A stretch of 64,000 nucleotides of DNA from an uncultured Actinomycetes bacterium (GTDB lineage: Bacteria; Actinomycetota; Acidimicrobiia; IMCC26256; PALSA-610). Every line of letters begins with the position of its first letter. The first letter of the stretch is position 1. The DNA lies in assembly GCA_963708105.1 (NCBI GenBank), contig OY970186.1, positions 4,446,060 to 4,510,059 of the forward strand. The letters run 5' to 3'. The notes beneath the pieces were generated by a model. It ran no database searches. It was not told where the DNA came from and worked only from the letters and a program-made list of their open reading frames with translations. The position numbers and the translations under genes were made by a program. Of the stretch, positions 40,962 through 53,200 are shown piece after piece.

Positions 40962-42509
40962 ATGCATTCTCCTGTTGGCCAAGATCCCTCCGGCGTCGAT
41001 TCCGTCGAGCCCGTCGAGCCCACTACGCCACTCAGTCGGCGCTCGGTATTGAAGGGGATCGCCATCGCGGGTCGCCGGCGTCGCGATCGCGAGTTGCTCG
41101 TCGTCGTCGAAGACGAGCGACCCACCCGCCTCGACCGCGCCCGACGAGCGCCAACACGACGTCGACGGTGCCGACTCCGTCGGCGATTCCGAAGGTGCTG
41201 CGCAAGCCCGGGTTCGCGCCCGAACCCGACGCTGCCCGAAGGCACCGACACGATGCCGAAGATCGAGCACATCGTCGTCGTGATGATGGAGAACCACTCC
41301 TTCGACGACCGCTTCGGCATGCTCGGGCGCGGTGACGGCTTCAAGCTCGACAGCAGCGGGCGGCCGCTCGACGCGAACCCGATGGCCGACGGCCGGCTGC
41401 GTGCGCGCGTTCCACATGCCGTCGACGTGCCAGCTCGACGGCGCGCCCGGGCAGAACTGGGTCGCGAGCCACACCTCGTTCAACAACGGCCGCAACGACG
41501 GTTTCGTGCGCGCGAGCGGCCCGGTCGCGATGGGCTACTGGGACGAGACCGACATTCCCTTCTACTACGGGCTCGCGCAAGACGTTTCCGCGTGCTGCGA
41601 CCGTTACTTCTGCTCGGTCGCTCGCGCAGACGTATCCGAACCGGCGCTTCCTCATCGCGGGCACCGCGTCGGGCGTCGTGAGCACGACCACCGACGAACC
41701 TCACGAAGTTCCCGCCCGCGAACGGCACGATCCTCGATCGACTCCAGGCGCACGGGATCACGTGGCAGCGACTACTCCAGCGACCTGCCCGGCGTGGCGG
41801 TGATCGTCGAAGAACCGACGACGTACCTACAAGGCGAACATCTCGCCGATCGATCAGTTCTTCACGCGACGCCGCGGCAGGGACGCTGCCGTCGGTGAGC
41901 TTCGTCGATCCGCGGTTCAACACGGTGGCGACTCGAGCCTCGCGCCGCCGCGGAGTCCGAGGAGAGACCCCGACGACATCGCGTACGGCGAGAACTTCGT
42001 CGCCAAGGTCGTGAACGCGGTGATGGACGAGCCCGAACTGGAAGAACACGATGCTCATCTACACGTACGACGAGCACGGCGGTTACTACGACCACGTCGC
42101 GCCACCGCCGGCGGTGAAGCCCGACAACATCCCGCCCGGCGTCGACGTAGCCCGGCATCACCGGCGCGTACGACCATCTCGGCTTCCGCGTTCCGACCGT
42201 CATCGTCTCGCCGTTCGCGAAGCCGAACTACGTGTCGCATGAGGTGCACGACCACACGTCGATCCTGAAGCTCATCGAGACCAAGTGGAACCTCGGCGCA
42301 CTGACCTACCGCGACGCGAACGCCAACGACCTGCTCGACTCGCTCGACCTCGATGGATCCGCCCGCGTTCATCGAGCCGCCGACCCTCCCCGCGCCCGGC
42401 AAGCTCGGGACCTGCAAGCCCGGAACGCCCGGCGGCCCGATCCCGCCCGCCGAGCGCGATCGTACCCAGCCGGCAGGCGTCGTCGCTCCGCATCGGCGCG
42501 ACGGCTTAG
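40962..42509 (+). CDS. Tat-secreted phosphoesterase (phospholipase C / acid phosphatase family), frame-shifted
   Basis: Tat-like signal [105 protein letters not shown]. Confidence 0.8.
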
Positions 42510-42518
42510 CCTCTGTTC

Positions 42519-43831
42519 ATGCAGAGCGACAGCGGAGCCGATGCCACTACCCGCGAAGCCGCACTGGCAACGGCGCAGCGCGAGCGACCATAGGGTGCAT
42601 TCGGAGTCGAGTTGACGGGCCACGCGGCGAGTTCGACCCGGCGGAGTTCTTCGACGACGAGCTGCCGGCGCGGGTCGACGGAGCACGAGGCGGAGATCGT
42701 GCCCGCGCTTGCCTTCATCCGACCCCGACCGCTGACCGTCGAGGTCGACGGCGAGGCGTGGACGCTCACCGCCGACGATCGCGGCATCGCGATCGAACGG
42801 TGTGCGCGGCCGGACGACGCCGACACGACCGCGAACGTCGCGCTCGCGCGCGAGCAACTCGCCGACCTCGTCGACGACCAACAGACGTTCATGAGCCTGT
42901 GGGCATCGGGCGCGCTCGAACAGCAGCGCCGGCAACGTCGGGCACCTCTCGACTGGTGGCTCGTGTTGCGCGCCGCGCTCGACGGCACGCCGATCTACAC
43001 GCCCGGTTCGGTCGAGCTGAACGATCCCGACGGCCGCCCGCTCGATCTCGCGTCGCGCGTTCCGGCCCGACGACGACCCCGACGAGATGCACCACTTCCT
43101 CGTCACCGCGGGCTTCCTCCACATCGAAGGGCTCTTCGACACCGCGGAGATGGACGCGATCTCGGCCGACATGGATCGCGCCGTGCCGACCTACACCGAA
43201 GGCGACGGCCGTTCGTGGTGGGCCCGCACCGCCGACGGCGGCTCCCGTCTCGTCCGCATGCAGGGCTTCGATCGCGAATCCGACGGCGCACGCGCCGCTT
43301 ACCGAAGACGTCCGCTTCCTCGAGCTCGCGGACATCGCGGCATGCCGGTCACGAGTTCGGCCGCAAGCGCGCGAACAACAAGATCGAGGCGTTGTTCAAG
43401 CCGATCGGCGTGACCGAAGGCATCTCCGACATCCCGTGGCACAAGGACTGCGGGATCGGCCGTCACTCCTACGACTGCTGCGGACTCACGGTCGGCATCT
43501 CGGTGACGGGCGCCGACGAAGTGTCGGGTCAGCTCTGGGCGCTCGCAGGCTCGCACCGCGCGCTCGTGTGGTCGGGGATCCTGCAACCCGAGCTCGACCT
43601 CCCGCAGGTTCCGCTCGCGACGCGCACCGGCGACGTCACGCTGCACCTGAGCTGCACGATGCACATGGCGCAGCCGCCCGTCGAACGCGAACGCCGCGTG
43701 ATGTACAGCGGGTTCAGCCTGCCGCCGCTCGCCGAGGCCGACACCGAAGCGCTCGCCGCGGCCCGCGCGCGGCTCGGCGCGGTCCGCGAAGGCGCGCCGC
43801 TCACGTGCTCGACCGCCACTTCAAGAGTTAG
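42519..43831 (+). CDS. Fe(II)/2-oxoglutarate dioxygenase, PhyH-like (frame-shifted; boundaries approximate)
   Basis: ISDIPWHKDCGIG (HxD) and later TGDVTLHLSCTMHMAQPP give an HxD...H facial triad. MHHFLVTAGFLHIEGLF. The N-terminus was rebuilt from ATG 42519 through two hops. Confidence 0.6.
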
Positions 43832-43844
43832 GAACGACACTGCT

Positions 43845-44962
43845 GTGCTCGAGTTCGATCCGCTCGACGAATACCCGATCCACCAGGTGCCGCTGCCGAT
43901 GCGTTACGTCGCGACGAGCGACCGCAACGTGTACGACCGGTGCATCTACCAGGGCGTCGACCACGAAGCCGACGCGTACTTCATCACCGGCATGGGCGTG
44001 TACCCGAACCTCGGCGTGATGGACGCGTACGCGACCGTGCGCCGGGGCGACAAGCAGTGGGCGATCCGCACGTCGGGCGTCGCGCCCCGACGACAAGATG
44101 AAGCCAGCAGGTCGGGCCGTACCGCATCGAGGTGATCAAGCCGTTCCACGAGCTGCGCCTCATCTGCGACGCCGACGACCAGGGCGTCGGTTTCGACCTC
44201 GTCTACCGCTCCGAGTACGGACCGATCCCCGAGCCGCAGCACATCCGCCGCCAGGGCGACCGCATCCTGCTCGAGGCGTCGCGGTTCGCCGGCGTCGGCA
44301 CGTTCGAAGGCGAGCTGCGCGTCGACGGCGAAACGATCGCGGTCACGCCCGACCGCTACACCGCGACCCGCGACCGTTCGTGGGGCATCCGTCCCGTCGG
44401 CGAGGCCGAGCCCGCGGGCCGGCCGAACGACTTCACCGGCATGTGGTGGTGCTGGATCCCGCTGCGGTTCGACGACTTCATGTTGCACGTCATCCTCGAA
44501 GAGGATCGCGACGGCCTGCGCAACACGAACTACGCGGTGCGCATGTATCCCGAGGCGTCGGGCCGCGCCGCCCGAACAACTCGGTTGGCCGCTGCCCGAG
44601 ATCCGTTACGCGTCCGGCACCCGCAATCCCGATCGGCGCGTCGATCGAGCTGACGAACCGCGAGGGCAAGAAGTCGACGCTCGAGATCGAACCGCTCATC
44701 GGCATCGCGCTCAACGTCGGCTGCGGTTACGGCGCCGACCCCGACTGGACGCACGGCCTCTGGAAGGGCGAGAACTGGCTCGAGGGATCCGTCTACGACT
44801 ACAAGGATCCCGCCGTCACCGGCCGCGCCGCGTTCTCACTCTGGGACCACGTCGCCCGGGTGACGTTCGAAGGCCACGAGGGCTACGGCATCTTCGAGCA
44901 CGGCGTGCATCGGCCCGCACGCGCCCAGCGGCTTCACCAGCTACGAAGACGTCGCCCCCTGA
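43845..44962 (+). CDS. Hypothetical protein, coding-like sequence (frame-shifted)
   Basis: VLEFDPLDEYPIHQVPLPMRYVATSDRNVYDRCIYQG..., RDRSWGIRPVGEAEP..., GIALNVGCGYGADPDWTHGLWKG..., ends ...SGFTSYEDVAP at TGA 44960-44962. No family name recognised. Confidence 0.55.
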
Positions 44963-45030
44963 GATTCCCCCAACTGTTGGCAGGAAAACTGGCGCCACGC
45001 GCCAGTTTCCCTGCCAACTTGGGGTTTGTT
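44963..45030. repeat. Family-A long palindromic repeat, copy 2, between convergent genes
   Basis: CCCCCAACTGTTGGCAGGAAAACTGGCGC CAC GCGCCAGTTTCCCTGCCAACTTGGGG, followed by TTTGTTGTG. Lies between stop 44962 (+) and stop 45036 (-). Confidence 0.8.
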
Positions 45031-45035
45031 GTGCG

Positions 45036-45821
45036 TTAGTGGGGGACGAGGCCGCCGTCGACGAGGAGGACCTGGCCGGTCATGAAGCTCGACGCGTCGG
45101 AGGCGAGGTAGAGCACGGGGCCGACCATCTCGTCGGGGCTCGCGGCGCGGCGCATGAAGCTCGCGTTCGCCATCGACTGCTGGGCCTCGGGCGTGTTGGC
45201 GCGCACCATGTCGGTGTCGACCGTGCCGGGCGCGAGCGCGTTCACGCGGATACCGCGCGGCGCGAAGTCGGCCGCCATCGAACGGGTGAACGACATCATC
45301 GCGGCTTTGGCCGCGCGCGTACATCGCCACGTTCGCCGAGAACAGGAACGCGCCCGCGGAGATCACGTTGACGATCGCCGCGTGCTCGCTGCGTTCGAGG
45401 TGCGGGAGCGCGGCCTGCACCAGGAAGACGGGACCGCGCAGGTTCACGTCGAACGACTTCTGCCACGCCTCCGGCGTGAACGAACCGAGCGGCTGGGTCA
45501 GCGCGTTGGCGGCGTTGTTCACCACGATGTCGAGCGCCGCCGAACCGATCGACGGCCGTGGTCGACGAGCGCGGTCGCGGCGTCGAGCTCGCCCATGTGC
45601 GCGGGCATCGCGACGGCGTCGCCCCCGCTCTCGGCCGCCAGCGCGCGCAGGTGCGCTTCGGTCTCCGCGCACGCCTCGGGCTTGCGGCTCCCGACCACGA
45701 CCTTGGCCCCGCCGCACACCAATCCCTCGGCAATGGCGCGGCCGATCCCCCGCGTGCCGCCGGTGACGATCGCGACCCGGCCGCGCACGTCGAACAGCGT
45801 TGCGAGCTTCGCTTGATCCAT
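45036..45821 (-). CDS. SDR-family oxidoreductase (frame-shifted)
   Basis: VAIVTGGTRGIGRAIAEGL (TGxxxGxG), IVVNNAA, the YxxxK region, RVNALAPGTVDT, C-terminus FMTGQVLLVDGGLVPH. Confidence 0.85.
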
Positions 45822-45835
45822 CGCCGGAACCTAAC

Positions 45836-48462
<2,627 letters not shown>

Positions 48463-48518
48463 TATCCGCCCTCCTCGATCAAGGGCCTTTCTACCGCGGC
48501 GAAACCGGCTACCGCGCC

Positions 48519-49243
48519 TCAGACCCGAGCCGCGAGCAGCGCGATCGCGAACAGCACGACGCCATAGGTCATCCACCGCAGCGCCCGTTCGATGGCGCCA
48601 AGCAGAAACTGTTCGTCAATCGCCCGTATGTCTCCGCCGTATTCACGAACGGTGCCGTCGATGTGCGCGACCCGCCGCCGCACGAAGCGGGCCTGTGTAC
48701 TGAGCGCGCGTTGCGCGAGCGAGAGGGCCAGTGCCGCGAGCGCGCCGACCAGCGCCGTGAGGTCGAGCGTCCCGGTCTGAACGAAATACGCAGTGAGAAC
48801 GGGGAAGGCGCCCCACGCGGCCGCGAAACCGATATCGGTGTGCAGCTTCCCGCCGAGGATCTCCAGGTTGTAACCGAGCACCAGTATCGGCCCGATCACC
48901 ATGAACACGAGGAGTCCGGCGCCGACGCGCGCGACACCTGCGCAGCCGAGGGCCAACGCGCCGACCATCGCGCCGGCCGCGGCTGCGATCAACACCCGGC
49001 CCGGGATCTGGGTGTGCAGCGGTCGGCCATGTAGTTCGTCGAGCGCGTGCGCGGCGATGCCGACCGCCAAGAAGAACGCGAGCACGGTCGCGCCGAGCTC
49101 GACCGTGTCGGTGCGAGCCGCGAGCGTCGCTCCGATCACCACGTAGGAGAGGTGCCACGCCGTATATGGGGGGTGGAGAACGGTCCACCAGTCGCGCCAA
49201 CCACCGGGCGCGCCGCGTAGAAGGCGGGCCGGGTCTTTGTCAT
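48519..49243 (-). CDS. Polytopic membrane protein of unknown function (one frame hop near 49195)
   Basis: MTKTRPAFYAARP then GGWRDWWTVLHPPYTAWHLSYVVIGATLA..., AAHALDELHGRPLHT, six or more hydrophobic spans. The ATG overlaps the methyltransferase stop (ATGA). Confidence 0.6.
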
Positions 49244-50049
49244 GCCGGGCCGCTCTTGCACGCCCACATCACGAGGCCACCGCCGAGACTCATCCGGCGG
49301 AACCGCACATCGACGAGACCGGCATCGCGCCACGCCTGCACCGTCCAGTCCACCGGGTAGAGGCGGTAGTGCGCGGAGATGTTCGGCCCCAGGAAGCGGC
49401 CAACCTCGTACCACTCGCGCCCGCCCGTGACGAAGCCGGCCGCCGGCAACAAGAAGCGCGTGTATACCCACCACCACGCTCGCCAGAACGCGTTGGGCGG
49501 TACTGCGAACTCGAGGCTCGCGATTGTTCCACCGGGCTTCAGCACCCGCGCGAGCTCGCGCAATGTCGCGGCCGGGTCGGCCACGTAGCGCAAGAGGTAG
49601 GTGAAGGTGAGCGCGTCGAAGGTCGCGTCGGCAAACGGCAGTTGTTCGGCGCGCGCGGCCGCGAGCCGAACTCGATTACGCGCGCCGGCCCGAGCAACGC
49701 GTTCCTGCCCGCGGGCCAGCATCGCCGAGGTGAGGTCGACGCCGGTTACGCCCGCCGACGTCCGCCGCGCAAGCTCGAGCGCCACACCCGCGGTGCCGGT
49801 CGCGACATCCAGAATCGAACTTGGGAGAATCGAAGTTGGGAGTACCGGCTGGTGACCGCCGACGTGGCTGACCATCTCGTGGCGCCAACGCGCGTTCTGA
49901 CAGAACGACAGCACCTCGGCGAGGGCGTCGTAGCGACGGGGCAGGCCGTCGAACAGGTCCTGCGCGAACGCGTTCGGATCGCGCGTGGTTGAGTCCACCG
50001 GCGCCTCCTCACCGAGGACCGTACCGCTACCGAACCGGCCGGAAACCAC
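49240..50049 (-). CDS. Class I SAM-dependent methyltransferase, UbiE/MenG-like (intact)
   Basis: DLFDGLPRRYDALAEVLSF, ILDVATGTAGVALELA (motif I), FDALTFTYLLRYVADP, LKPGGTIASLEF. Confidence 0.8.
   Translation of the reverse strand: MVSGRFGSGTVLGEEAPVDSTTRDPNAFAQDLFDGLPRRYDALAEVLSFCQNARWRHEMVSHVGGHQPVLPTSILPSSILDVATGTAGVALELARRTSAGVTGVDLTSAMLARGQERVARAGARNRVRLAAARAEQLPFADATFDALTFTYLLRYVADPAATLRELARVLKPGGTIASLEFAVPPNAFWRAWWWVYTRFLLPAAGFVTGGREWYEVGRFLGPNISAHYRLYPVDWTVQAWRDAGLVDVRFRRMSLGGGLVMWACKSGPA
49811..49840 (-). repeat. In-frame 15-bp tandem duplication inside the methyltransferase gene
   Basis: AGAATCGAACTTGGG AGAATCGAAGTTGGG (14/15 identical) encodes LPTSI-LPSSI immediately before motif I (LDVATGTAG). 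Confidence 0.8.
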
Positions 50050-50067
50050 ACCTCCGGGAACCGCGCG

Positions 50068-51420
50068 TCAGCGACCGCGGACGAGGGCGAGGGGATCCTC
50101 GGGCGGGCCGGCAATCGGGAGGCGCATCGTGAACGTGGTGTCCGTCGGCGACGACACGACGTTGATCACACCGTTGTGTAGCTCGACGATCTGCTTGACG
50201 ATGAAGAGCCCGAGCCCGGTGCCGGGGATCTCCTGCTCCTTGGCCCGCGCCGAGCGGAAGAACCTCGTGAAGAGTTGGTCCTGCTCGCCCGCGGGTATGC
50301 CGGAACCGTTGTCGTGCACCACGATCACGATCTCGTCGCCATCGGTGCGCGCCCTGATCTCGACGCGGCCGTGCGGCGCGTTGAACTTCACGGCGTTCGA
50401 CACGAGGTTCAGCAACGCGCGTTCGAGCTGCTCGCTGTCGCCGAGCAGCGTGAGGTTCGGGAGCACGTCGATCGCGAGCTCTACTTCGGCCGCCGCGAAC
50501 GCGGGCAGCATCGTCTCTCGGATGCGCTCGATCACGTCGCTCACATCGACGGGACCGATCTTCACTTCGAAGATCCCGGCTTCGACACGCGACATGGTGA
50601 GCAGGTCTTCGATCAATGCGAGCAGCCGCAGACTGTTGCGTTCGATGATCGCCAGCATCCGGTGTTGTCCCTCGTTCGGGATTCCGGGGCCGCCGTCGAG
50701 CAACAGCTCGACGTATCCGATGACGCTCGTCAGCGGGCTCCGCAACTCGTGCGAGACCTTCGACACGAAGTCGCTCTTGGCCCGACTCAACTCCTCCATC
50801 CGGTCGAGCATGTCGAGTTGGAACGCGAGCGCCTCCGCCGACCGGGTCGCGGCGACGCGCAGACGCGCGGCATTCTCCGTGAGCTCCAGCGTCTTGGCGA
50901 ACAGATCGGCGAACAGCGACACCTTGCCCCGCAACGCCGTCGGTACAACCGGCGCGACGACGAAGTCGACCGCGCCCATCGCGTAACCGATCGTCATCTC
51001 CTGCTCCGCGCGTTCCAGCCCGGTGATGAAGATGATCGGAGTGAGCTCCGACTCACGCCGCGACCGGACGAATGCCGCGGTTTCGAAGCCGTCTGCGCTC
51101 CCGGTGCGCACGTCGAACACGATCACCGCGAAGTCCTGACGGCGGACGAAGTGCCGCGCCTCCGCGCCGCTCGTGGCATCGACGATCGGATGGCCGAGCG
51201 GTTCGAGCATCGTGCGTAAGGCCTCGCGTGGCACGGGATCGTCGGCGACAACCAGGACACTCGGCGCGCGCCGCCCCGGGCGCGGCGCCGGGCTGTAGTT
51301 CGGAGATGCGTCGGCCCGCGGCGCATCCGCCGGCTGCGCGCCGTCGACGACACCGCTCAAGGCGCGGAACCGGTCGGGCGCGGATTCGTCGACCGGATCG
51401 TGCACCGGGCCAGCGTGCAA
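50068..51420 (-). CDS. Receiver-domain histidine kinase (REC-HisKA-HATPase_c) (intact)
   Basis: REC: VLVVADDP...VIVFDVRTGSADG...IIFITG, but DFVVAPV where K-P is expected. H box VSHELRSPLTSV, N box LVSNAVKF, DNGSGI, GTGLGL. Confidence 0.85.
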   Translation of the reverse strand: MHAGPVHDPVDESAPDRFRALSGVVDGAQPADAPRADASPNYSPAPRPGRRAPSVLVVADDPVPREALRTMLEPLGHPIVDATSGAEARHFVRRQDFAVIVFDVRTGSADGFETAAFVRSRRESELTPIIFITGLERAEQEMTIGYAMGAVDFVVAPVVPTALRGKVSLFADLFAKTLELTENAARLRVAATRSAEALAFQLDMLDRMEELSRAKSDFVSKVSHELRSPLTSVIGYVELLLDGGPGIPNEGQHRMLAIIERNSLRLLALIEDLLTMSRVEAGIFEVKIGPVDVSDVIERIRETMLPAFAAAEVELAIDVLPNLTLLGDSEQLERALLNLVSNAVKFNAPHGRVEIRARTDGDEIVIVVHDNGSGIPAGEQDQLFTRFFRSARAKEQEIPGTGLGLFIVKQIVELHNGVINVVSSPTDTTFTMRLPIAGPPEDPLALVRGR

Positions 51421-51465
51421 CCGGCGGCGTCACCGCACCGTGACGGGCGAGTATGCGGGCGGCGC

Positions 51466-52140
51466 ATGGCAGAATCCCTCGGTCCGTCCCGACCCGCCCC
51501 CGATAGCCCGCCCCGTTCCCGATTGGACCGATCGACCGTGAGCCTCACCGATCTCGCCGGCGGAGTCGCGGTCGCGTCGAGCCTGCTCTTCGTGTGGCCC
51601 CAGGCGGTCAGGCTGCTGCGCACGCGCGACACCCAGGGCATCAGCCCGGTCGGGGCGTTGTGGGCCATGGCCGGGTTCACGCTCTGGTCGGCGTACGGGC
51701 TCGACCGGGCTCTGGCGCCGATCTGGTTCGCCAACGGCCAGGCGCTGGTCGGATTCGCGATCGTGCTCGGCCTGCGGCTCCGGCTCGGCGATCCGGTGCC
51801 GGGCTTCGCGCCTCGGGCCGCGATCGCAACCGTGGTGGTGCTGGTCGTCGCGATCGTCGCGCCCGCGCCCGTCGTCGGCATCGCCGCGCTCGTGATCGCC
51901 GCGACCGGATACCTACCGCAGGCGCTGGTGGCGTGGCGCGCGGTCGATGTCTCCGGGGTGTCCCCCGCCACCTACGTGTTGCTGGCGCTGTCGGGAACGT
52001 TGTGGATCATCTACGGAGTGCTGCGCCGCGACATGCTCGTGATCACGCCGAACCTGTTGATCGTCCCGACCGCCACGGTCATCGCGGTGCGTGCGCTCCG
52101 AGCGCCGATCGCGGATCTCGACCCGCTCGCGAGTCCCTGA
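51466..52140 (+). CDS. PQ-loop (SWEET/MtN3-like) membrane protein with two PQ motifs (intact)
   Basis: LLFVWPQAVRLLRTRDTQGIS and ATGYLPQALVAWRAVDVSGVS, each followed by hydrophobic helices. The start is uncertain (GTG 51538 is an alternative). Confidence 0.6.
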   Translation: MAESLGPSRPAPDSPPRSRLDRSTVSLTDLAGGVAVASSLLFVWPQAVRLLRTRDTQGISPVGALWAMAGFTLWSAYGLDRALAPIWFANGQALVGFAIVLGLRLRLGDPVPGFAPRAAIATVVVLVVAIVAPAPVVGIAALVIAATGYLPQALVAWRAVDVSGVSPATYVLLALSGTLWIIYGVLRRDMLVITPNLLIVPTATVIAVRALRAPIADLDPLASP

Positions 52141-52164
52141 CGACGAACCCTCGATGACGAACGC

Positions 52165-53004
52165 TCAACCGCAGACGACGTCGCCGTCGAAGCCGTCTTT
52201 ACCGAGGTATTGCGTCAAACGTACGGGACCGCTCGTGAAGCCGTGGTGGCCGCACGCGGCCGCCGCGTCATAGGGCGAGTCGTAGCCCGCGAGCCACTGC
52301 GGTACGCCCGCGAACCGCGCTCGCGCGCTGGTTGCGTTGCCGGTGATCTCGGTCCACTGCGAAACCGTCGAGTAGATCCCCACTTCGGCCACACCGACGC
52401 TGTGCAACGCGTCCATCTCCCCGGCAATCGTCGCGACGTCGCGATCCTGTTCGGCGCGCGTATACGAACCGTCGGTGGTCTGCCAGCTGTTCATGGTTTC
52501 GACGTCGAGCCACCAGTCGACGTTCGCGGCGCGGTGGCTCGCGTTCTCCCAATCGACTTTGTGGAGCAGTTGCGCGGCCGCCGTGGCTTGGCGATACGAC
52601 TGCGAAGCCGCGTTCCATCCGTAGTCGAACGAGCACGCGACCGAGTTCGGGTTGGAAGCCGAGCAGAGTTGCGGACTGGTCTGACCGATGGGCCAGTGCG
52701 CGCCGCGGCCCGGACCGGGATTGCCCGTGTTGGCGTAGAACGCGGGTGCGCCCGGGAGCCGCTTGGCCCAAGCAAGTTCGGTCACCAGGCACGGGTTCTC
52801 GGTGAACGACATGCCCCCATTCGTGCCGAGTACGCCCAACGTCGACGCCCCGGCGCGGGGCAGGGCCGCACCGCACTGCGGGTAGCTGAGGTCGCGGGCG
52901 ACGACCAGCGAGTTCGACGCGCCCGCGGTTCCCGCCGCCACGAAGGTGGCCGCGACCGTCGCAATGGATATCCCGACGATGGTGAGAACACGACGAATCT
53001 GCAC
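52165..53004 (-). CDS. Secreted glycoside-hydrolase-like protein (DUF1906/GH25-like) (intact)
   Basis: Signal peptide VQIRRVLTIVGISIATVAATFVAAGTAGA; ARDLSYPQCG, FYANTGNPG, VDWWLDVE, GIYSTVSQW, LTQY. Confidence 0.6.
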   Translation of the reverse strand: MQIRRVLTIVGISIATVAATFVAAGTAGASNSLVVARDLSYPQCGAALPRAGASTLGVLGTNGGMSFTENPCLVTELAWAKRLPGAPAFYANTGNPGPGRGAHWPIGQTSPQLCSASNPNSVACSFDYGWNAASQSYRQATAAAQLLHKVDWENASHRAANVDWWLDVETMNSWQTTDGSYTRAEQDRDVATIAGEMDALHSVGVAEVGIYSTVSQWTEITGNATSARARFAGVPQWLAGYDSPYDAAAACGHHGFTSGPVRLTQYLGKDGFDGDVVCG

Positions 53005-53131
53005 GGAAAACCTCGCTGGTGTCTGGGGGTTCCCGCCTCGGTCCGCAGAACACGAAGGACCGCCCACAAGGGTATGCACGAACCACATCAGCCTCGCAAG
53101 GCGTATTTTGCCCCACCAGACACACGATCCA

Positions 53132-53171
53132 CCCGCGCCCCGGGAGTAACCGCCCGCGCCCTGGGAGTAAC
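53132..53171 (+). repeat. Tandem direct repeat CCCGCGCCCYGGGAGTAAC x2 with 21-nt period, 30 nt upstream of the monooxygenase ATG (candidate operator)
   Basis: 53132-53150 and 53153-53171 are 18/19 identical. Located in the divergent region between starts 53004 (-) and 53201 (+). Confidence 0.7.
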
Positions 53172-53200
53172 TGGCGGTCCGGGCCTGCTAAGAACCGCCC

